Part shown: positions 57,624-64,000 of the stretch, piece by piece
Position numbering within the stretch: the stretch's first letter is position 1
Layout: the number at the start of each line of letters is the position of its first letter
From: an uncultured virus (IMG/VR IMGVR_UViG_3300023210_002494)
Lineage: Duplodnaviria > Heunggongvirae > Uroviricota > Caudoviricetes
IMG/VR virus record: IMGVR_UViG_3300023210_002494
Length of the DNA: 64,000 nucleotides
Direction: 5' to 3' (one strand)
Program-made: the position numbers and the translations under genes
Notes under the pieces: model-generated
What the model saw: only the letters and a program-made list of their open reading frames with translations
Told to the model about the DNA's origin: nothing
Databases searched by the model: none

Positions 57624-58652
57624 TTGACACGTACACTACTTGTTGATGGAAACTCTTTATTAAATACAGGATTTCATGGTATTAAAAATATGTATAATGG
57701 TGATAACCACATAGGTGGACTATATCATTTTTTAAATACATTAAGAAAACTAATTGATAGTTATGTCATAACAAAAGTTGTGGTATTCTGGGATGGAAAA
57801 GAAAATACCAAACCCAGAACCCAACTATACCCAGAATACAAATTAAATAGAAGACTAAAAGTAAAACCTAAAGAGGACTTAGATTCCTATGCTAGACAAA
57901 AACTAAGGACCCAAGAATACCTGGAAGAACTTTATGTGAGGCAAGCTACGTTTAAATGGTGTGAAGCCGATGACTGTATTGGATACTATTGTCATAATAA
58001 TAAAGAAGAAGAGATTATAATACTAACTTCCGATAGAGACCTACTACAACTAATCTCAAAAAAAGTATCATTACATGTCATATCACTTAATAAAGTGTTT
58101 AGATTCAACGACAAGGTACCTTTAGAAGGGGTTTATATCCCATCCAATAATGTAAGGCTTGTTAAAACTATATGTGGTGATTCATCAGATAATATATATG
58201 GTATAAAAATGGTGGGTGTAAAATCACTTATAAAAATAAAACCAGAAATATTAGAAAAAAAAGTAACCTTAAAAGAAGTAATAGAAACAATAGAATCTAA
58301 AGAAAAAATAACAAAAAAAGAAAAAAATATATTGGAGGGTAACACACAAAAAGACACAAAGATACCTAACAAAAAAAATATCCTAGATATAAATTATAAT
58401 ATTATTGGTGTGGGAGAGCAATTCCTAACTAAAGATGCTATAAAAGGGATAAAAGAATTATCAAAAGAAGCGATAGACCCAGAAGGAAGAGAATGGAAAA
58501 ATGCTTTAAACTTGATGATGTCAGATGGATTACTTAATATTTTACCACAAACAAATGATGCTTGGGTTGATTTTGTAAGGCCATTTTTAAGATTAACAAG
58601 AATAGAAAAAGATTTTTATAAAAGTAAAAAAAATGAAAAAAATGAAAAATAA
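57624..58652 (+). CDS. 5'-3' exonuclease / flap endonuclease (PolA N-domain, T4 RNase H-like)
   Basis: LLVDGNSL, VFWDG, YPEYKLNR, EADDCIG, SDRDLLQL, GDSSDNIYGI; TTG start. Confidence 0.9.
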   Translation: MTRTLLVDGNSLLNTGFHGIKNMYNGDNHIGGLYHFLNTLRKLIDSYVITKVVVFWDGKENTKPRTQLYPEYKLNRRLKVKPKEDLDSYARQKLRTQEYLEELYVRQATFKWCEADDCIGYYCHNNKEEEIIILTSDRDLLQLISKKVSLHVISLNKVFRFNDKVPLEGVYIPSNNVRLVKTICGDSSDNIYGIKMVGVKSLIKIKPEILEKKVTLKEVIETIESKEKITKKEKNILEGNTQKDTKIPNKKNILDINYNIIGVGEQFLTKDAIKGIKELSKEAIDPEGREWKNALNLMMSDGLLNILPQTNDAWVDFVRPFLRLTRIEKDFYKSKKNEKNEK

Positions 58653-59085
58653 AACCGATAACACACAAAAATGTGAATTTGTATTAACACTAGGAAAAAA
58701 TATTGTATGCCAAAGATTCTTTTCAGTAAGAAATTTTAATAATAAAGCAACATTCTCTTTAGACTTACATTATACTATGACAGACATAGTAAATGACATG
58801 AAAGACCGTCTAAAACAAAAAACTTTATTTTTATTAGACAGTAATTTTAGAGAAAATCCAAACCAACAAGCTTTAGATGAAGGTGATTTTACGATAACTA
58901 TTAAAAAAGGAAACAAAACTATATACAGTAGAATTCTACCTGCCGATGTCTACCCCCCAAAAGTAAGATACACAGTAGACATAAGGCCACAAATTTCTCA
59001 TATTTTAAGAGAATTGACAGAAGTACTGTCTAGTAGAAAAGTTAGCACCTACTACCAAGATTATTCACTAATGGTTAGTGAATAA
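58633..59085 (+). CDS. Hypothetical protein
   Basis: 150-aa ORF in the replication operon. Confidence 0.6.
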   Translation: MKKMKNKTDNTQKCEFVLTLGKNIVCQRFFSVRNFNNKATFSLDLHYTMTDIVNDMKDRLKQKTLFLLDSNFRENPNQQALDEGDFTITIKKGNKTIYSRILPADVYPPKVRYTVDIRPQISHILRELTEVLSSRKVSTYYQDYSLMVSE

Positions 59086-59113
59086 AGTATTTATTATTAA
59101 ATCAAATTTATAG

Positions 59114-60493
59114 ATGAACGAAACCACAAACTTTGGGTACCTAGGGTACACCTTCCAGCTAAAATTATTAAATCTAGTTATTACTGACAACACATTCTTC
59201 CAATCAATTATTGATGCTATACTACCAAAATATTTTGACAATCAATATTTTAGGTTAATAATGCAACTAATAAAAGAATACCATGAAAAATACCAAAGTG
59301 CACCATCGTTTGATGCTATAGACCAACTAACAAGAATAGAGATTTCTTCAGAAATGGCAAGAAAAAATATTTTTGATATGATAAAAGATATTAAAGAAGC
59401 TTCATTTGAGGACCATCTTTTTATTAAAGAAAAAGCTTTAAATTTTTGTAAACAACAAGAACTTAAAAAAGCTATTCGTAAGGTAGAAAGTATAATGGAA
59501 AAGGGTGACTTTGAAAATTATGATAAGTGTGAAGAATTAATCCGTGACGCTATTAAAATAGGCGACGGAGACCAAGGCAGCTTTGAAATTTTTACAGAAT
59601 TAGAGAAATTATTAGAGGAAGATTATAGACATCCAGTACCTACTGGTGTAGATGGTTTAGATAATATACTAAACGGTGGGCTAGCTAAAGGAGAAATTGG
59701 TGTTATATTAGCACCTACAGGTGTTGGTAAAACAACTATGTTAACCAGATTTGCTAACACAGCATTTAACATGGGGTATAATGTATTGCAAATATTTTTT
59801 GAGGATAATCCTAAAATAATACAAAGAAAACATTTTACTTGTTGGACTGGTATACCTAATGATAAATTAAGTGAACATAAAGAAACTGTGTTGGATAAAG
59901 CTGACGAAATGAAAAAAACAGGAGGCAAGCTAATACTAAAAAAACTACCATCTGATGAGATGAGTATGTTGCAAATTAAAAATCAAGTAAGAAAAATTAT
60001 ATCAGAAGGTACAAAAATTGATATGATTTTAATTGATTACATAGACTGTATATTACCAGACCGTGCATTTAACGATGAATGGAAAGGTGAAGGTTCCGTT
60101 ATGAGGAAATTCGAAGGAATGTGTCACGAACTAAATATAGCTGGATGGACAGCAACTCAAGGAAATCGAACTTCTATAAGTTCTGAAGTAGTAACTACTG
60201 ATATGATGGGAGGGTCAATTAAAAAAGCTCAAGTAGGTCATGTAATTATATCAGTCGCTAAAACTTTACAACAAAAAGAACTTGGATTAGCTACTATAGC
60301 TGTTGTTAAATCTAGATTGGGTAAAGACGGAGTAATATTTGAAAATTGTAAATTTGATAATGGAACACTAGAAATAAACACAGAAACAACCCAAACCTTC
60401 TTAGGTTTCGAAGAAGAAAAAACTAATAGAAACAGAGAAAGAGTAACCAGAGCTCTACAAAGAAGAGAACAAATAATAAATAAAAATAATTAA
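59114..60493 (+). CDS. DnaB-like replicative helicase (gp41-like)
   Basis: LAPTGVGKTT, IFFED, ILIDYID, WTATQGNR, KSRLG; TATTTATT at 59088-59095. Confidence 0.9.
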   Translation: MNETTNFGYLGYTFQLKLLNLVITDNTFFQSIIDAILPKYFDNQYFRLIMQLIKEYHEKYQSAPSFDAIDQLTRIEISSEMARKNIFDMIKDIKEASFEDHLFIKEKALNFCKQQELKKAIRKVESIMEKGDFENYDKCEELIRDAIKIGDGDQGSFEIFTELEKLLEEDYRHPVPTGVDGLDNILNGGLAKGEIGVILAPTGVGKTTMLTRFANTAFNMGYNVLQIFFEDNPKIIQRKHFTCWTGIPNDKLSEHKETVLDKADEMKKTGGKLILKKLPSDEMSMLQIKNQVRKIISEGTKIDMILIDYIDCILPDRAFNDEWKGEGSVMRKFEGMCHELNIAGWTATQGNRTSISSEVVTTDMMGGSIKKAQVGHVIISVAKTLQQKELGLATIAVVKSRLGKDGVIFENCKFDNGTLEINTETTQTFLGFEEEKTNRNRERVTRALQRREQIINKNN

Positions 60494-60506
60494 GAAAAAT
60501 AAAAAT

Positions 60507-62411
60507 ATGGAAGTATCAAATAAAATACTGTCTGATATTACTGTGTATATGAAGTACGCAAAATATCTACCTGAGTTAAATAGAAGAGAGTCGTGGGAAG
60601 AACTAGTTACTCGTAATAAAGAAATGCATCAGAAAAAATTTCCACAACTAAAAGAAGAAATAGAGCAAAAATATAAATTTGTATACGAGAAAAAAGTACT
60701 ACCATCTATGAGAAGTATGCAATTCGGTGGGAAACCAATAGAAATTTCACCTAATAGAATTTATAACTGTGCGTACCTACCTATAGAACATATTGATTCT
60801 TTTAGTGAAACAATGTTTTTATTATTAGGTGGTACTGGTGTTGGGTACTCAGTACAGAGACATCACGTAGCTAAATTACCAGTAATACAAAAACCATACC
60901 AAAAAAGAAAAAAAAGATTCTTAATAGGAGACTCAATCGAAGGTTGGGCTGATTCTATAAAAGTTCTTATGAAAACCTATATGAATGGTGGGGGAAGTAG
61001 GGTAGAATTTGATTATTCAGATATTAGACCAAAAGGAGCTAGATTAATAACATCAGGTGGAAAAGCACCAGGACCACAACCATTAAAAGAATGTTTGGTA
61101 AAAATTGAAGGTCTACTAAATCAAAAAGAAAATGGAGAACAACTTACAACAATTGAAGTACATGATATTGTATGTCATATCGCTGACGCCGTATTGGCGG
61201 GTGGTATTCGCCGTGCAGCACTTATATCGTTGTTTAGTGCTGATGATGAACAAATGATTGGTTGTAAATCAGGAAATTGGTGGGAATTAAACCCACAAAG
61301 AGGTAGAGCAAATAATTCAGCTTGTTTAATGAGGCATAAAATAACTAAAGAGTTTTTTATGGACCTTTGGAAAAGAGTTGAACTTTCTGGAGCAGGAGAA
61401 CCGGGTATATATTTAAACAATGATAAAGATTGGGGGACTAATCCATGTTGTGAAATTGCACTAAGACCAAACCAATTCTGCAATCTATGTGAGGTAAACG
61501 TATCAAACATAGAATCACAAGAAGATTTAAATGAAAGAGTTAAGGTTGCAGCATTCATAGGGACACTCCAAGCGGGGTACACCTCATTCCATTACCTAAG
61601 AGAAATATGGCAACAAACTACTGAAAAAGATGCTCTAATAGGTGTTTCAATGACTGGTATAGGTTCTGGAAAAGTATTAAACTACGACATGTCAAAAGCT
61701 GCTAGTCTAGTAAAAAGAGAAAATACTAGAATCTCAAAGTTAATAGGAATTAATCAATCAGCAAGATGTACAACTGTTAAACCAGCAGGAACAACTTCAT
61801 TAACATTAGGGACATCGTCAGGTATTCATGCTTGGCATAACGACTACTATATTAGAAGAGTTAGGGTTGGTAAAAATGAAGCTATATATACTTACTTGAA
61901 TGAAAATCACCCCGAACTTGTTGAAGATGAATATTTTAGACCACATGATACTGCCGTAATAAGTATACCACAAAAGGCCCCAGAAGGCTCAATCATGAGA
62001 ACTGAATCCCCATTTCAACTACTAGAAAGGGTTAAAAAAGTTGCAACAGAATGGGTAAAAGCCGGTCATAGAAACGGTTCAAATTCACACAATGTGTCAG
62101 CTACAATTTCATTAAGAGAACATGAATGGGACGCAGCTGGTGAGTGGATGTGGGAAAACAGAAAATCTTATAACGGTTTATCGGTATTACCATATAATGG
62201 TGGAACATACACTCAAGCTCCATTCGAAGATATTACAGAAGAAAAGTATGAAGAAATGATGGAATCTTTACAAGACGTTAATTTAAGTATGGTTGTTGAA
62301 TTAGATGATAATACAAATTTAACTGGTGAATTAGCGTGTGCTGGGGGTAGTTGTGAAATAGATGTTGATTTAAAATCTATAAAAGAAGAAAAAGAATTAG
62401 ATGAGGCATAA
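60507..62411 (+). CDS. nrdJ: Class II (adenosylcobalamin-dependent) ribonucleotide reductase
   Basis: LPSMRSMQFGG, YNCAY, GGTGVGYSV, AGGIRRAALI, TNPCCEI, FCNLCE, TTVKPAGT, C-terminal LACAGGSC; no beta-subunit gene nearby. Confidence 0.88.
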   Translation: MEVSNKILSDITVYMKYAKYLPELNRRESWEELVTRNKEMHQKKFPQLKEEIEQKYKFVYEKKVLPSMRSMQFGGKPIEISPNRIYNCAYLPIEHIDSFSETMFLLLGGTGVGYSVQRHHVAKLPVIQKPYQKRKKRFLIGDSIEGWADSIKVLMKTYMNGGGSRVEFDYSDIRPKGARLITSGGKAPGPQPLKECLVKIEGLLNQKENGEQLTTIEVHDIVCHIADAVLAGGIRRAALISLFSADDEQMIGCKSGNWWELNPQRGRANNSACLMRHKITKEFFMDLWKRVELSGAGEPGIYLNNDKDWGTNPCCEIALRPNQFCNLCEVNVSNIESQEDLNERVKVAAFIGTLQAGYTSFHYLREIWQQTTEKDALIGVSMTGIGSGKVLNYDMSKAASLVKRENTRISKLIGINQSARCTTVKPAGTTSLTLGTSSGIHAWHNDYYIRRVRVGKNEAIYTYLNENHPELVEDEYFRPHDTAVISIPQKAPEGSIMRTESPFQLLERVKKVATEWVKAGHRNGSNSHNVSATISLREHEWDAAGEWMWENRKSYNGLSVLPYNGGTYTQAPFEDITEEKYEEMMESLQDVNLSMVVELDDNTNLTGELACAGGSCEIDVDLKSIKEEKELDEA

Positions 62412-62589
62412 GGTAAGTAAAGAAATATTATATCATTTTAATTGTGGTAAATGTAATAAATGGTGGTCAATTGCTGACTACCATTTGTTTTCTAATAATG
62501 TACCAGAAAATGAAAAAAAGTTACCTATTTTAATAATATGTCCCCACTGTGGACATAATGAAGAAATAAAAGAAGTAAAAAATGAATAG
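62401..62589 (+). CDS. Small zinc-ribbon protein
   Basis: CGKC...CPHC. Confidence 0.6.
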   Translation: MRHKVSKEILYHFNCGKCNKWWSIADYHLFSNNVPENEKKLPILIICPHCGHNEEIKEVKNE

Positions 62590-62821
62590 AAGAGACGATT
62601 GGATTACAGAACTACACTATAAAGAATTTGTGAAACCAAAACTACAACAAGATGATTTTTATTGGGAAGGTGGTACAATGGTCATGACAGAAAACTATCA
62701 CAAAAAAAGAGGTAGTTGTTGTGGTAGTCGCTGTAGACACTGCCCATATTGGCCAAAATACCAAAAAATGAACAAAGATTTAAAAGGTGGTGGAATTAAT
62801 ACACACCAAACCAATCTTTGA
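62582..62821 (+). CDS. DUF5522-like Cys-rich protein
   Basis: TENYHKKRGSCCGSRCRHCPY. Confidence 0.7.
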   Translation: MNRRDDWITELHYKEFVKPKLQQDDFYWEGGTMVMTENYHKKRGSCCGSRCRHCPYWPKYQKMNKDLKGGGINTHQTNL

Positions 62822-62823
62822 AG

Positions 62824-62831
62824 TATTTATT
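62824..62831 (+). promoter_or_regulatory. TATTTATT putative late promoter
   Basis: 10 nt upstream of ATG 62842, exactly where replication genes give way to baseplate genes. Confidence 0.55.
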
Positions 62832-62841
62832 ATAAAAAAGC

Positions 62842-63303
62842 ATGCCCAACCAAAGATACGGTATAACATTTCCATTTACGGATAGTCAACAAGGGTTTTT
62901 TTTAGGACTTAACAAAACTCCTGATAGTGAAGTACGTTCTAATTTAATCCACTTAATACTGACTTTAAAAGGCACACGTTATTTTTTACCTGATTTTGGT
63001 ACAAATTTAATGAGGTATATTTTTGAACCTATGGATTCAGCAACTAAGACATCTATAGATACAGAAATAAGAGAAGCGGTAGATATGTATATACCTAATC
63101 TAGTAATTACTAAAATAGAAGTAAAAACAGCAGAAGATGTTAGGCAAGAAGAAAAACAAGAAATAAATAGTCCAGATATGGAAGATAATAGTTTTAGTTT
63201 TGTCGGTTCTAGTGAAAAAGAATATTCTATGAGAGTAAGAATTGACTACACCTCAGGGGACAACGTTTTTCAAACTAAGGACTTTGTAATAATTAATTTA
63301 TAA
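62842..63303 (+). CDS. Baseplate wedge protein, gp25/GPW-like
   Basis: GITFPF, NLIHLILTLKGTRYFLPDFGTNL-x-x-YIFEP. Confidence 0.88.
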   Translation: MPNQRYGITFPFTDSQQGFFLGLNKTPDSEVRSNLIHLILTLKGTRYFLPDFGTNLMRYIFEPMDSATKTSIDTEIREAVDMYIPNLVITKIEVKTAEDVRQEEKQEINSPDMEDNSFSFVGSSEKEYSMRVRIDYTSGDNVFQTKDFVIINL

Positions 63304-63304
63304 T

Positions 63305-64000
63305 ATGGCGGAAAAACAAATAGCATACACAGAAAGAGATTTTCTAGGGATAAGAAATGAGTTACTAAGATTAACCAATACCTACTATCCAGATTTAATA
63401 CAAAATGCTAATGACGCATCTATATACTCAGTATTTTTAGATTTAAACGCGGCAGTAGCAGATAATCTAAACTTTCAGATAGACAGAACATTTCAAGAAA
63501 CAGTGTTACAATTTGCTGAGGAAAGAAGTTCTTTATATAATCTAGCTAGAACTTATGGTTTAAAAGTGCCAGGTAATAGACCTTCTGTAACAGTTGGTGA
63601 TTTATCTGTAGTTGTACCGGCTTTAGGTGATAAAGAAGATTTTAAATATTTAGGTCTTTTAAGAGCTGGGGCACAATTTAATGGTGGTGGTCAGATATTC
63701 GAGTTAGTAGACGATTGTGACTTTTCATCACCGTATAGTGTAGAAGGTATTCCAAACAGAACTAAAATACCTAATTTTGACGCTAACGGTATTTTAGTTA
63801 ACTATACAATCACCAAACGGGAGGTTTTGGTAAATGGAACAACTAAAATATTTAAAAAAGAAATTTTAGACAGTAATAATAAACCATTTTTTAAGTTATT
63901 TTTACCAGAAAAAAATATTATATCTGTTACATCTATAATACAAAAGTCTGGTGTGGGGTACCAATCCTTACCTAATTCTTCAGAATTTATTTCACCATTA
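63305..64000 (+). CDS. Baseplate wedge protein, gp6-like (partial, runs off the window end)
   Basis: Not in ORF track. Open from ATG 63305: MAEKQIAYTERDFLGIRNELL...YYPD...FLDLNAAVADNLNFQIDRTFQE...SLYNLARTYG. Confidence 0.8.
   Translation, partial: MAEKQIAYTERDFLGIRNELLRLTNTYYPDLIQNANDASIYSVFLDLNAAVADNLNFQIDRTFQETVLQFAEERSSLYNLARTYGLKVPGNRPSVTVGDLSVVVPALGDKEDFKYLGLLRAGAQFNGGGQIFELVDDCDFSSPYSVEGIPNRTKIPNFDANGILVNYTITKREVLVNGTTKIFKKEILDSNNKPFFKLFLPEKNIISVTSIIQKSGVGYQSLPNSSEFISPL

Noticed and set aside
2196..61582. Many antisense or nested ORFs in the track (e.g. 2196-2564, 17419-17892, 19245-19706, 37025-37444, 41720-42214, 61175-61582)
   Set aside because: They lie inside well-supported genes, lack motifs and have the F/S/L/I-rich composition of shadow frames.
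24490..62411. Inteins or introns in PolB, helicases, RecA or RNR
   Set aside because: Motifs are contiguous, lengths are ordinary, and I saw no splice-junction or homing-endonuclease motifs.
1..64000. Stop-codon reassignment as seen in some large phages
   Set aside because: Conserved genes are full length under code 11, and TAG ends genes at expected positions (e.g. 33288, 54181, 55196).
1..64000. tRNA or other structured RNA genes
   Set aside because: Intergenic gaps are short and AT-rich and I recognised no cloverleaf; a covariance-model scan was not run.

Overview
AT-rich, gene-dense fragment of a large tailed dsDNA phage with a contractile tail (distant T4-type myovirus), read in the standard genetic code. 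A Bacteroidota host is suggested by TTTG-N19/20-TAnnTTTG promoters, absence of Shine-Dalgarno sites, a DUF4494-like gene and Bacteroidota-style signal peptides. Positions 1-19 kb (minus strand) hold a glycan island of about 20 genes (Gmd, Fcl/ColC-like, Gmm, ColD-like and perosamine-synthase-like enzymes, about 9 glycosyltransferases, 3 methyltransferases, a PIG-L deacetylase), plus dUTPase, a CDGSH Fe-S mini-protein missed by the ORF track and the start of phoH. Positions 19-64 kb interleave virion genes (neck, terminator, sheath, tube, chaperone, tape measure, baseplate, M23-tipped hub) with replication genes (PolB, SNF2, SSB, RecA, 5'-3' exonuclease, DnaB-like helicase, class II RNR). Best leads: (1) a possible phage-encoded virion glycosylation system, pairing the island with [ST]-[GA]-x-T-rich inserts in structural proteins; (2) shared I/L-x-E helical tags on unrelated late proteins; (3) a 17-copy TATTTATW promoter-like motif; (4) a probable +1/-2 frameshift in the tail chaperone; (5) an RHH gene with a candidate operator facing the sheath gene. 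All family calls come from motif recognition by eye; no searches were run.
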